Source of the DNA: Sedimentisphaerales bacterium
Lineage (GTDB): Bacteria; Planctomycetota; Phycisphaerae; Sedimentisphaerales; SM23-30
Reading direction: 5' to 3'
Assembly (NCBI GenBank): GCA_963663805.2
Contig: CAXXMR010000012.1
Coordinates: 1-64,000 of the forward strand
Length of the DNA: 64,000 nucleotides
The translations under genes and the position numbers were made by a program. Below the pieces are notes generated by a model. It was not told the DNA's origin, made no database searches, and saw only the letters and a program-made list of their open reading frames with translations. This document shows positions 1 to 11,261 of this stretch, in pieces; position 1 is the first letter of the stretch, and each line of letters opens with the position of its first letter.

Positions 1-264
1 CAACAAGTTGGCAACCTCCGCCAATGCACCTTCAGCTGTGGCAACCACATTGGAAGCACGTTCGGAATTACTGATGGCTCGGCTTATACTGGACATTTCC
101 GAACGCAGTGATTCCGAAGCGATTAGACCAGCCGGGTCATCCGCTCCGCGATTGATACGCAAGCCGCTGCTTAATCGCTCCAGCGTGCTGGCCATCGAAT
201 TGTTCGCCCGGCCTAGGTTAGATTGTGCTGTTAGTGCCGATACATTTGTGTTAATTCTAGTCAT
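1..264 (-). CDS. fliC: Flagellin, N-terminal part (runs off the window)
   Basis: Reverse strand reads MTRINTNVSALTAQSNL...LERLSSGLRINRGADDPAGLIASESLRSE, the flagellin N-terminus; AGGAGG Shine-Dalgarno at 271-277. Confidence 0.95.
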   Translation of the reverse strand, partial: MTRINTNVSALTAQSNLGRANNSMASTLERLSSGLRINRGADDPAGLIASESLRSEMSSISRAISNSERASNVVATAEGALAEVANLL

Positions 265-403
265 CGGAAATCCTCCTTGACTAAATTCCGCTTATCGCGG
301 CAGGCATCATGCCTCTGGGTGGCGATAACACGGAGCGATTCCTTTCGCCCTGACTTCTTCTGACAATCCTATGCGTGTTATCACTTGGGTTTCCATACTG
401 TCC

Positions 404-652
404 CTACTTATCCAGGTTCTTCTTGCCGCTCCGAGCTGAGGCCGGCAGCTTCGCCAGGTCGTCAGGCGATACTTTCGCCGCTTCCTGATTCTCTCGCTGT
501 ATCGCCTCATATACCTCTTTACGGTGTACGGGAATTTGTGAGGGTGCCGAAATTCCCAGCCGAACCTTGTCGCCACGTATATCTACAACGGTGATTTCTA
601 CGTCATCACCGATCATTATGGTCTGGTCTTTTTGTCTGCTTAGCACCAGCAT
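404..652 (-). CDS. csrA: Carbon storage regulator CsrA
   Basis: [37 protein letters not shown]...VHRKEVY; lies between fliW and fliC. Confidence 0.97.
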   Translation of the reverse strand: MLVLSRQKDQTIMIGDDVEITVVDIRGDKVRLGISAPSQIPVHRKEVYEAIQRENQEAAKVSPDDLAKLPASARSGKKNLDK

Positions 653-790
653 CCTGAACTCCTTCGCCCCAAGGGGCACTTCTCGGTTCACATCCGTGCG
701 AACGTCCGAATCAGCCTGACGCATCCAAAACGCCATAATACAAATCAGCCTATCCGGGCCAATCAACGTGCGGCTTACAAAGCCGGGGAT

Positions 791-1241
791 TCAGGCAATT
801 CTATGCGCCTGGTCCTTACGCTCGGCAAGTTCGATCAACGGATGTCTGGTACTGTATTTACGCTCGGCCAGAACCATCTGGCGAGCCTGACGATTCGCCG
901 CGTTTATCAACAGCGGTCCCTGAAGATTGCCCGTCAGCATACGACCAACCTTGTTAACGATTATCATCACCTGGGCCAGCTTCATGTCCGTCAAGCCAAC
1001 CTCGGCTAAATCGTCACTCTTGACGTTAATCTGATAGTCCGCACAAACAGCAGCGGATCGCATACCACGAACGCCAGCTCAGGCGGTCCACAGATTGCAG
1101 CCAGAAAAAGTTGCCTTCATTGTTGGTCTGCAAAAGTACATAATCTTTGTTATCAGGGAAACCCAGCAAACCCTTAGCGAATGTTATAACTCGCTCCTGC
1201 TCTAGTTCCACTAATCCAAAACGCGTGGTGTTGACTTGCAT
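791..1241 (-). CDS. fliW: Flagellar assembly factor FliW (frameshifted in this sequence)
   Basis: TTRFG...ITFAKGLLGF...FFWLQS and TGNLQGPLLIN in two frames; two single-C losses near 1040-1085 would restore DRPELAFVVCDPLLFVPDY. Confidence 0.9.
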
Positions 1242-1385
1242 GTCAAACCTCCTTAGTCCCTTGGTTGGTCCGGGACACCATCCTGGTTAAATCCGCCGGG
1301 AACGCCTTTGCTCCCGTTGCCGAATCCTCCGGCAAGTTGATATGGATAACTGTTATCCATTGACTGTTACTTTTAACGATACCGC

Positions 1386-3711
1386 TCATGCCAGAAACTC
1401 CAGTAAGCTCAGACTATTCATCTGGCCCGCACTCATCAGGTTCGCCTGCATCGCTGTATATAAATTCTGATATCTAATCAAAGCTTCCGTGAAATCTATA
1501 TCACGAATATCACTTCGCAGAGTCTCTGTGGCTAAAATACTGTCTTCAACATAATCCGCCGCTCTTCTAAAGCCTTGGTCTGAGCCCCCACATTACCATG
1601 AACATTAGATAACTGCTGACGGGCTTCAGAAACCGACTCCGAATATTTCGTTATCCCCTGGTCATCGCCGGCCAGAACCGCCTGATGCAAAGCTATCAAA
1701 CTCGAAAACAAGCCTTCCGGCTCACTGGATTTACATCCTCAGCACTTATGGTATTTGAAGCCACCGAAGTTTCCTCCGTAAAGCCCAACTGCGCCGCAAC
1801 GAAATAGCCGTTATCACTGGAGGTCGTAATTTCAAAATTGCCCGCCCCACCGCTGCTGTCGGTCAACACCAGACCATTACCCACACTTGCCAGAGAAGCC
1901 GTCACCGAGGCACCCGCGGCACTCGCTTCAGTATTAATCAAATCAATTACATCCTGAACCGTAACCGCCGTCGAAAGATTAACCTCAAAACTCGTGCCAT
2001 CCCGACTGGTAATACTTATCGCTCCGTCACGAGTAGTGCCGTTCTCGCCAACAACCTGGGTCGCCACCCCGTCCCCCTTATTAAGAGAGGCCAGAGTCGT
2101 CTCGCCCGTCATTGAGCGTATCCCAGGTCGGTCGCCGTCGTCCCGCCATTTTCGCCAATAGTCAACTCGAACCGCTGAGCATATTAATCACTTCGATACC
2201 TGTGCCCTCAGCGTTTATTTGAGCCAAAGCACCTATACCGGCATTATTTATCGCCTCAACCACATCACCCAGAGTATCACAATTTGATATATCTATCGGA
2301 TCAATCTCACTCAGCAAAGAGTTCTGGATGATGATACCCGAAGCAGTATCGATGCCCACCCCGCCGGCTACCGCCGAAAGTGGCGTAGCTGACGTAAGGC
2401 GGGCATCAAGGTCCTGGCTGTCCAAAGCATCTCCCGCACCGGTCGCGTTGTATATACCCAAATCACGGGCGGTGTAACCCGAACCAACCTCCTTGATAGT
2501 TATATCTGACGCCGGGTCAGACGACTCTATATGTATCCCGCCGTTCGCCGAATTATAAATCGCCGACATATTAACAGGCAAATTCGCGTCTATCTTGTTT
2601 ATTACATCGCCCAGAGTCACACACCCCGACAAATCAATCTGAGCGGAATTCGTGCCGTCACTAACCAGTATACTGCCCAGACGAACACCCTCACCTAATG
2701 CGCCGTTCATATCCGAAAGCAATGTCGCCATCGTCGAATCTGGCGCCAGACGACTGCTCCGCAAACCAACCGAAGTCCCGTCAGGGTGTCCCCGCCTACG
2801 CCGACACTGTCAAAAATACCTAAATCCTGCGCCGTCGTGCCCGCCCCGGTTTCAACTACTGTCACATCAACACTCGGCGGCGGCGGCGGACCGGTATAAG
2901 TCGAGGTAAGCGTCAAACCCGTACCGGAACTGTTAATACTCGCGATTGTCGTCGCCACCGTACTGCTGTTGATTGTATCAATTACATCACCAATCGTCTC
3001 GCAGCCGGTAAGGTCAACCAAATCCACATTCGTGCCGTCACTTATGGTTATCTGGCCCAGCCGAATACCCTCGCCCAAACCGCCGTTCAAATCGGACAAA
3101 CGAGTAGCTTCGGTTATCACACTGCCCACGCTCGTTACACCAATAACACCTTTGCTCAGCGAACCAAACGTCGTATTCGCGTCAACCGTATAATTCGCCA
3201 CCGAGTCGTCCGCCACGCGGGCACTCAGATTATTCAAATCGCCCATATACATCACCCCGCCCGATACCGACTGAAAAGGCATCTCGGTGATACTCTCGCC
3301 CGCGAAAATATAATTACCCATGCTCGTCGTATTACCGATGGTCACCAGCGAATCGATGATTTCCTGAATACCCTGAGCGTTTGCCTTATAAGTCGCGTCA
3401 TCTTTGCCAATCGCGTCAGAAGCCAAATCATAAGCATTCTGAAGCAAATCAATCGCGTTGCCCAAAGCCGTATCCGCCGCATCAAAAACCCGCACTGCGT
3501 GGTCTATATTACCCAGATACTGGTTCTGACGCTCAATCTGACTGTCCAACCCCATTATCGTCGTCGCTTCTGCCGGAGAATCGCTGGGACGAGACAGCTT
3601 CAAACCTGTCGTCAACTGATTCTGAACCTTGAACATGTCCGTAGTATTATTGCGAATACTGTTCACGAACAGATTGCTTTGCATCAGCATTGTTACGCGA
3701 GAGGTAGACAT
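1386..3711 (-). CDS. flgL: Hook-associated protein FlgL, long form (several frameshifts)
   Basis: N-terminus QLTTGLKLSRPSDSPA; C-terminus ...SLSLLEFLA stop at 1386-1388; split over ORFs 2707-3711, 2162-2764, 1696-2112 and a further fragment. Confidence 0.85.
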
Positions 3712-3735
3712 CTTAATATCCTTGTTCCTTGTTCA

Positions 3736-5480
3736 TCAGTTCGCCAGGGCGATTACATCGTCCAGTAGTTCGTTTATCATATTCACATAACGGGCCGCAC
3801 CTTGAAATGCCCGCTGAAAAGTTATCATGTTTATCGCTTCTTCATCCAGAGAAACCCCGCTGATACTCGCCCGCTCAGAATCCAAAGTCTGCATTATCAC
3901 ATCAGCAGCCTCATAACTGTCCTGGGCCTGACGGCTCAAAGAAGCTACTCGGGCAATCAATGAATTAAAATCATCCGCCAGAGAAATTCCGTTCAGAGAA
4001 TCAACCCCGCCCGTCGCCAGTTGAGCGATAGCGTCCGCAACATCAGGATTACCCGCCAAACCATTGGAACTTGCCGCGATAGCGTTAAGATTGCTCGAAA
4101 GCCCGCTTCGCAAGCTAATATCGTGGGCACTGCTGCCTTCAAAAAACGTGTTGATACCCAATACCGCCAAAGCATTGCTCGCGTCCGACAAATCATCCGG
4201 ACTTACAAAACCAAAGGTATTCGTCGAATCAGCAGTTATCTGCAAACGACCCATACCATCTATCGAAGCCGTAACATAATTGCCCGGCCCCGTCGTCGTA
4301 TCGTTCAACGCCGCAACCAGGTCATCCAGAGTCGTATCAGTGCCGTCAACACCCACCTCAACTTTAATATCAAAAGTCTTCGTGTTACTTGTATCGCCCC
4401 CAACATTCACTTTAATCTTGAAAATGCCGTTGGTAACATCCCATGCCAGACCAGACTCATCCATATCCGAAAGCTCTGCCGAAGAATCAGCCACACCAAA
4501 GCTGCTGGTAACACTCGTAAAAGCCTCCAAACCCTGACCGTTAGAATGTATCTTGTTAACTTCCAGAATCAAACTCGCCGTCCAGCGATCCAAATCCGCA
4601 ATCGTGTCACCCAGAAGCTCATCACGTGAACTCACCTGGCCATATAACTTGCCCGAACTTAAATCCAGACTCTGATTGTCATCAGCATACACCGGCAAAG
4701 AAATAACATTGCCGTTGGCATCCATGGTCTCGATAAATTCAACCCCACGAGCTGTCGAATTCTGCACCAGAGGTGAATTACCGATATATACATTCATCGC
4801 TCCGTTGTCTGTCTCCTGAGTCTGGATATTAACCAGCTCACTCAACTCCCGAAGAATTGAATCACGCTGGTCACGCAACGCCGAAGCAGCGTTAGTCCGA
4901 CCCGCCTCGCTCGTTACTATCTGCTGATTAAGATTCGCTATCTGGCTGGCCAGAGTATCAATTTGATTAACAGTACCCTGAATCTGGGCATCCAAATCAT
5001 TCTGGATTATCACCATATCCGAACGCAAATCACGAATAAACGACGACAAGCCCGTCGCCTGAGTAATAACATTACTACGCGCCCCGCGTTGTTCGGGTCC
5101 AGACTTAAATCCGACCAGGCATCGAAAAATTCATTCAAACGGGATGACAAATCCGAATCCGTAAGCTCATTGAAAGTCGATTCTATCCGCGACATAGTCT
5201 GCTGCTGAACCAAACCACTGGCCGAATCACCCACCGCCGCCCGTAAACGGTCATTCAAAGCCTCGTCAACCTCACGACCAATATCATAAATCGCAACCCC
5301 CGTGCCCGTATAAGTGCCCAACTGAATCTGAGTTGACTGAGTCGCGTAAGTGTGAACACGCTGACGAGAATAATTCTCGTTCGCGGCGTTGGCCATATTA
5401 TTACCGGTAACCGTCAAGGCCGCCTGAGCGGTCAGAATACCTGACCTGCCGATTTGTAATGAGCCGTTTATTAGTGACAT
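3736..5480 (-). CDS. flgK: Hook-associated protein FlgK (one frameshift near 5060)
   Basis: GNNMANAANENYSRQ N-terminus; SGVSLDEEAINMITFQRAFQGAA C-terminus. Confidence 0.93.
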
Positions 5481-5495
5481 AGTTTATTCCCTGGA

Positions 5496-6011
5496 CTAAG
5501 CCCGCGCGTCCACCAATTGATTCTGAATCATCGGCCGGGACTTGCCCGACGGACTGTATAAACCAACCTCACAACCTGAATTCGCGATAAGATTGAATAC
5601 CTTGTCAAAATGACCCATCATCTTACGAGTCGCCATAGCGTTTACATTATTCAAACGCTTAACCTTTTCACAAACCTCCAGTAACTCATCCGTCAAAGCC
5701 AGTATCGCCTCTTTCTGACCCGCCGGAGCCAGATACGCCAACTGACGGGCACTGACACTCCGCAATTCACTTTGCGGCAGCAAACGACGCGTCGCACAAC
5801 GTACCGCCAGAGTCCGACGCTGAACCCGCTGACGAACCTGGTCCATCATCTGCTGCTCTGCAATATTCAACTGCTGTAACTTGACCGCGTCAAAACCACG
5901 CATCGCCTCCAGCTTGCCGTCCAGCAAATTCGCCAGATACTGCTGACACTGCAATTCTTCCTGCATCGTCTCGATTAGTTGTTGTACTGCTTCAGCCATA
6001 TCAGGCTCCAA
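5496..6011 (-). CDS. flgN: FlgN-like export chaperone
   Basis: Helical 171 aa protein directly upstream of flgK; LNNVNAM motif. Confidence 0.7.
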   Translation of the reverse strand: MEPDMAEAVQQLIETMQEELQCQQYLANLLDGKLEAMRGFDAVKLQQLNIAEQQMMDQVRQRVQRRTLAVRCATRRLLPQSELRSVSARQLAYLAPAGQKEAILALTDELLEVCEKVKRLNNVNAMATRKMMGHFDKVFNLIANSGCEVGLYSPSGKSRPMIQNQLVDARA

Positions 6012-6291
6012 TATTTGTTCGCACCGCGTAACTACGCGCCGAACCGCTCAATTGATTTATCAACGATTCCGCCACCGGCGAACTTTTCTGCGACATACGC
6101 TTGACAAATTCCATATCCAACTGACTCTGAAACGCTTTTTCACCCGAACCGCCGTCAACCACTGTCGCCTGCTGGCCCTCACGCGCCTGACGAAGCAAAG
6201 TACCGTAAAATACCTGGTTCACCAGCTCGTTAGCCGCCTGAACCAGCTTAGTATCTCTTGGAGTTGTGTTGGCCACACTCAGATTCATCAT
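6001..6291 (-). CDS. flgJ: Short FlgJ-like rod-binding protein
   Basis: LVQAANELVNQVFYGTLLRQAR...GGSGEKAFQSQLDMEF; follows flgI. Confidence 0.75.
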   Translation of the reverse strand: MMNLSVANTTPRDTKLVQAANELVNQVFYGTLLRQAREGQQATVVDGGSGEKAFQSQLDMEFVKRMSQKSSPVAESLINQLSGSARSYAVRTNIGA

Positions 6292-7440
6292 TAATGTTCC
6301 GTTATTATTTCCGCCCGCAGGGCACCAGCGTCTTTCAATGCGTAAATCGCCTTAATCTTGCCCTCGGTCGATACGTTCAGCAAATCCAGAGAATCTATAA
6401 GATTACGAATATTTACCGTCTTGCCCGCCTCAACAGTACTCATATTCGCCCATTCCGTAGTACGCACCACCGGCCGACCCGGCGCTGGTTCCGGCTCAGG
6501 CTCAACCACCCGAATTACCATACCGTCAACCGAAACTATCGCCGGAGCAATTTCAACATTACCCGTAAAAACAATCGAACCGGTACGTTCATGAATCACC
6601 ACCGCCGCCGGCGGGTCCGGCAGCTCAACCGGCAAATTCATTATCTGGGCGATGAACATCGTCGGATTACGCAACTGACGCTTCGGTATCTCCACCCCGA
6701 ATATTACGAGCGTCCAGCGCCATCGCCGTCTCAGACATACCCGTATCAATGTTCGCCTGACCCATCGCCACGCCCGGATCAGAAGTCTCTTCATTGATTA
6801 TCATCGCGATATTCTTAGCTACCTGAAAAGACGACTGGTCATCATCCAGAATCAGCATAAAATTCGCCGAACCGTCATTCTCATAATTTATGTAATTATG
6901 ATAAAAATCAATTTCAATATGGGCACCGTTCTTAACCACCCCGCTCGGCTTGGAAGCGTTAGGAGTACTCACCGGACCCTGAGCCCAGCCGATTATCCGA
7001 TCATCCTCGACATAAGCACCCCGCAAAGCCGTCAAAACCAGCTTTCCGCCTTCCAGACTCTTGGCGTCACGAATACTGTCAACATAAACATTTATTTCGT
7101 CACCGTCCCGACTGCCGTTGCGACCCAGCTCAGCCGTCACAATTACTTCCGCCACGTTCTTGCTCTTGATTTCCTCGCCCGGTGCGATATTCTCACCCAA
7201 ACGCTGAAGCATCGCCACCAACGAAGGATTCGCCGCACTATCACCCGTACCCGCCAGACCTATCACCAGCCCCCGACCTATCAGCTTATTACCCCGCTCA
7301 CCCAGCGGACGGGCAATATCACGCACCCGCGTAATGCCTTCCGCCGCGTGCGCCAAAGCAAACACCAGCAACGCCGCCCCAACCAGCGTCACCCAAGCCT
7401 GCTTGATATTCATCATTTTGTTCAGCCCAAAGTTGTTCAT
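6291..7440 (-). CDS. flgI: Flagellar P-ring protein (frameshift near 6695)
   Basis: RVRDIA...GLVIGLAGTGD, AKSLEGGKL, VVIHERTGSIV, GALRAEII. Confidence 0.92.
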
Positions 7441-7460
7441 ATAATAAACCTGTCTAAACC

Positions 7461-8237
7461 TTAAAAAATCGCCAATGCGTCAAGTATCCCCGACAACAAG
7501 CCGCGTTTCGTCGCGTCCGTCGCCACACCCGAATGGTCCTTCCTCAAAGACAAATTTGCCAACTGACTCGACAAAACCGTATTGGCTATCGTAACATCCT
7601 TAGTACGACACATACCCGCCAGAGTTATCGTCGTCACTTCATCGTCAGTGACTATCGTGCTGGTCGCTTCCAAAAGCAAATTACCGTTCGGCAGAACATC
7701 AACCACCTCCGCCATCACCTGGGCCGAAACACTGTCTTCACGCTTGACATCACCCTTGCCTTCAAAAGTCTTGTCATAACCCATCTTTACTGCCGGATTA
7801 CCATGTGTCTTGTCCGCCAGACGCATCGCCTGATTCGTTAATGTAATATAATCTTCAATACTCGCGTCCAGTTCCCACGAACGTTCCGACTTCGTGTCAG
7901 CCTTCGACGCGTGACTGCTACCCTCATGCACCATAATCGTCACCAGATCGTGAACATGAAAACCCTTAGCCGCCGGCTGAGCAACCATATACCACGATGC
8001 CCCACTGACCGTCATACCTTTAGAGGAACTACCACTGCCGCCGCGATTGCCGCCCATATTACTGCTGCTGCCCCCCCCACCGCCGCCGCCGCCCCCACTC
8101 ATCTGACCACGAATATTCGAATGCTCCGTCGCCCGACGAAACAAACTGTTACTCGAACTCTGCTGACCATAAACCGTCCCTGACAGCATCAGCAACGAAA
8201 TCATATTTATAATCAAGCTAATCTTCAGCTTTCCCAT
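7461..8237 (-). CDS. flgH: Flagellar L-ring protein
   Basis: HDLVTIMVHE, VVDVLPNGNLLLE, NTVLSSQLA. Confidence 0.9.
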   Translation of the reverse strand: MGKLKISLIINMISLLMLSGTVYGQQSSSNSLFRRATEHSNIRGQMSGGGGGGGGGSSSNMGGNRGGSGSSSKGMTVSGASWYMVAQPAAKGFHVHDLVTIMVHEGSSHASKADTKSERSWELDASIEDYITLTNQAMRLADKTHGNPAVKMGYDKTFEGKGDVKREDSVSAQVMAEVVDVLPNGNLLLEATSTIVTDDEVTTITLAGMCRTKDVTIANTVLSSQLANLSLRKDHSGVATDATKRGLLSGILDALAIF

Positions 8238-9328
8238 CTTATATCACTCTCCTCAACCCGCTCGACAGGCTTGCTGACCTTCGCGGGCTGCTTGTATTCA
8301 ATTTCTTTCTGATGGGCCGGCGATGTTACCGTCACCTCACCCGCACCGCTGACCACACCCTGAATCACCTTCTGATTACGCTCATCACGAACCGATACCA
8401 TATCACCCATAGCACCGTTACTAAGCGCCCGGCCCCGCAAAGTTATCTGCACCGGCCCCGTCTGAGCAACCACATCAACAATTTCCTTCGCCTTAACCAT
8501 CTGCAAAAGTTTTATCAAACGGTCGGTTATTAAATCATTCGGACGTATAGGCCGGGCCACCTCCTGCCCCACCACCAGCTCAACATCAGTATAACCAATG
8601 TCACTCAAACTGCTGATACGCCGCGACACCAGTTTCACATCCCCCAAACCAATCACCTGACCCGCCCGCAACGGCACCGCCGCCACCACCGACTGACACT
8701 GATACTGAACATCACCGTAAACACGCTGCGAACGCCCGCCCCCCGGCTCCGTCACATCAAAAACAACCCGCCCCAAAGTCAACGGACTACGCGGCACAAT
8801 CTCAAATGCCCCATCCACAAACTCTTTACAAAGCAAATTGGAATCATTGCAAATCCAGTCAACCGCCAGATAAGCCTCGCCAATCGCCGCGGAATTACTC
8901 ACCAGCCGACCAAGCTCATCAGCCAATGTATATGAGAATTCGCCCGGCCCCGCCGGCAAAACCACCATCGGCTCCGCCGCCTCCGCTTCTTCTTCAGCCT
9001 CCACGGCGAAACTAATCTCACACATACTCGAACCATAAACATCAACCGAAGCCGGAGCGATATTAACACTCGACAACGCCCGGTTAATCGCGAATACATC
9101 AACCTTACCCACCACCGAACCATTCGGGGCACTCAGCACTACCAGCTCTTCCAACCGCCTCTGCTGCTCAGAACTGTCCGCCCGCACCTGGGCTATGTCA
9201 CCCAGACGAACCTCAACATCATCAACCTCAACCGACGGTAATACCCGAATCGCCGTCGCCCCGCCCGCACGGCTCATCGGCAGTAAAACCGCCGCCAGAA
9301 GTATCAGAATGTTAAGTTTCTTTATCAT
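8225..9328 (-). CDS. flgA: P-ring formation chaperone FlgA
   Basis: Signal peptide, VRLGDIA, SAF-like C-terminus GRALSNGAMGDMVSVRD. Confidence 0.88.
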   Translation of the reverse strand: MIKKLNILILLAAVLLPMSRAGGATAIRVLPSVEVDDVEVRLGDIAQVRADSSEQQRRLEELVVLSAPNGSVVGKVDVFAINRALSSVNIAPASVDVYGSSMCEISFAVEAEEEAEAAEPMVVLPAGPGEFSYTLADELGRLVSNSAAIGEAYLAVDWICNDSNLLCKEFVDGAFEIVPRSPLTLGRVVFDVTEPGGGRSQRVYGDVQYQCQSVVAAVPLRAGQVIGLGDVKLVSRRISSLSDIGYTDVELVVGQEVARPIRPNDLITDRLIKLLQMVKAKEIVDVVAQTGPVQITLRGRALSNGAMGDMVSVRDERNQKVIQGVVSGAGEVTVTSPAHQKEIEYKQPAKVSKPVERVEESDIRWES

Positions 9329-9346
9329 CGCTTACCTGTTATTAAG

Positions 9347-10154
9347 TTACCGACGCAGATTGCTCACAACCTTCATGTTCTCGTCAACTGCCCGGATAGA
9401 CTGTGAATTCATCTCAAAACTCCGCTGAGTACGAATCATACCCACCAGCTCACGAACCGAATCAACATTGCTCGCTTCCAGATAACGCTGCACAATCGTA
9501 CCAAAACCCTGGTCACCCGGATTGCCCGTTATCGGCGAACCGCTCGCCAATGTCTCCGTATACAAATTCCCGCCTTCCAGACTCAAACCATGAGGATTCG
9601 GAAATGTTACCAGCTCGATTGTCCCCAGTTCCTGAACCGTACCGTCAACATCAGCCGTTACTCTCCCGTCACCCAGAATCGTGATATTTGTGGCGTCAAC
9701 ACCTTGAGGAAAATTGATCGCCGGATTCAACAGCGGACCATCCGAAGTGCCCAACACCAGATTGCCTTCATTATTAACTACAAAATTCCCCCGCCCGAGT
9801 ATAAGCAACCCCGCCGCCGATACCGTCATAAGTATCCACCCGGAAAAAACCGTTACCCTGAATCGCCATATCAGTAGCGATCCCCGTCTCCTCCAGCGGA
9901 CCTATCTGCATATCAAGCTGAGTATTCGATACCCGCGTGCCCAGACCAACATACAAACCCGTCGCCGTCCGCTGACCCTGACTATTCAAAGCACCCGGTT
10001 GACGACGTTCTTCGTAGAACAAATCCTCAAAATTCACCCGCGAACCTTTGAAAGCAGTCGTGCCAGAATTCGCCAGGTTGTTAGCAATGACATCAAGTTT
10101 CGTGTCCATCGCTTTCATGCCCGAGGCCGCTGAATGTAGTGCAGTTACCGCCAT
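9347..10154 (-). CDS. flgG: Distal rod protein FlgG (extra base in a G run near 9790)
   Basis: DVIANNLANSGTTAFK; LEASNVDSVRELVGMIRTQRSFEMNS. Confidence 0.93.
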
Positions 10155-10170
10155 TATCTATCCTTATCTA

Positions 10171-10934
10171 TCATTTAGCACTGACCGAGCCCAGCCGCGT
10201 TACCGCGTAACCGAGCGTCTGATCCTGCATCCGTAACATACTTATGTTGTCCTGAAATAAACGCTGAGCCTTTATCATCTCCGTCAGCTCCGATACCGCG
10301 TCAACCGTCGATGCCTCGATGAAACCCTGCTTAACCACTGTATCCGCCGGAACCTGAACAGCGTTTTCACCCCGCCCGATAAAGATTCTTACCAACCTTG
10401 TTCAATTGAGTCGTATCAGAAAAATCAACCTGACCCAAACGAGCTATAGCTTCACCATGCTGAGAAATAACCCCCGTCTCATCAACCACAAAGTCAGCCT
10501 GACGATCAACCGTTATACCCGCACCCGAATCATCCAAGTACCGGAAAATTCCCCGCCACTGTTACCAGATTACCCTGCTCATCAGCCATAAAACGACCGT
10601 CACGGGTATAAGCGACTTCATCACCCTGACCAACCTGAAAGAAACCAGATTTCGTCATCGCAACATCATAATCATTGCCGGTACGTTCCAGACCGCCCGG
10701 CGAAAAATCCGTATATGTCGGCAGCGCAAAGGTACCACCGCCGATCCCTTCCAGCAAATCGGCGGTATACCTGCTTTGACCGTTTTCCTCGGCCTCCGTA
10801 GCACGCGACTTCAGCAAAGCCAGATCACGCTTAAATGATACTGTCTCTGCATTGGCAAGGTTGTTCGCAATAACATCCTGTTTGTACGAACTTGCCAGCG
10901 CGCCCGCGGCTGATACATACATTCCGTATAGCAT
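10171..10934 (-). CDS. flgF: Proximal rod protein FlgF (frameshifted)
   Basis: DVIANNLANAETVSFK, YTRDGRF, QGFIEASTVDAVSELTEMI; upstream of flgG. Confidence 0.88.
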
Positions 10935-10948
10935 CGCTCATCCTTAAG

Positions 10949-11164
10949 CTATCTGGTCGAGTTCTCCGCCTCGACCTCGGACCACATTGCCTGAGCATTC
11001 AGAAGCATGTGCTTCGCCGCAGCCATCCTGGCAGCATCAGCGATACGGTCCGCCAGCAGGCCGCCACTCAGGGACTCCAATAAAGAATCCAGACGAGACC
11101 GGGCATCCGTTCCCTGACTCACTGAGCTTGTAACCTTGTTCTGACTTTCCATTTCCGGCAACAC
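10949..11164 (-). CDS. Small hypothetical protein, first gene of the flagellar operon
   Basis: AGGAG then in-frame GTG at 11164; about 71 aa, helical; ends 15 bp before flgF. Confidence 0.6.
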   Translation of the reverse strand: MLPEMESQNKVTSSVSQGTDARSRLDSLLESLSGGLLADRIADAARMAAAKHMLLNAQAMWSEVEAENSTR

Positions 11165-11244
11165 TTCTAAATCTCCTATTTTACACCCAGGCCACTTCCA
11201 GCAACCCAGGCGGTACAATGCCAATCCGTCACAAACCCACATAA

Positions 11245-11261
11245 CGCAAGCACCGTGCCAA
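11245..11261 (-). promoter_or_regulatory. Sigma54 (-24/-12) promoter of the flagellar operon
   Basis: Reverse strand TTGGCACGgtgcTTGC matches TGGCACG-N4-TTGC. Confidence 0.85.
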
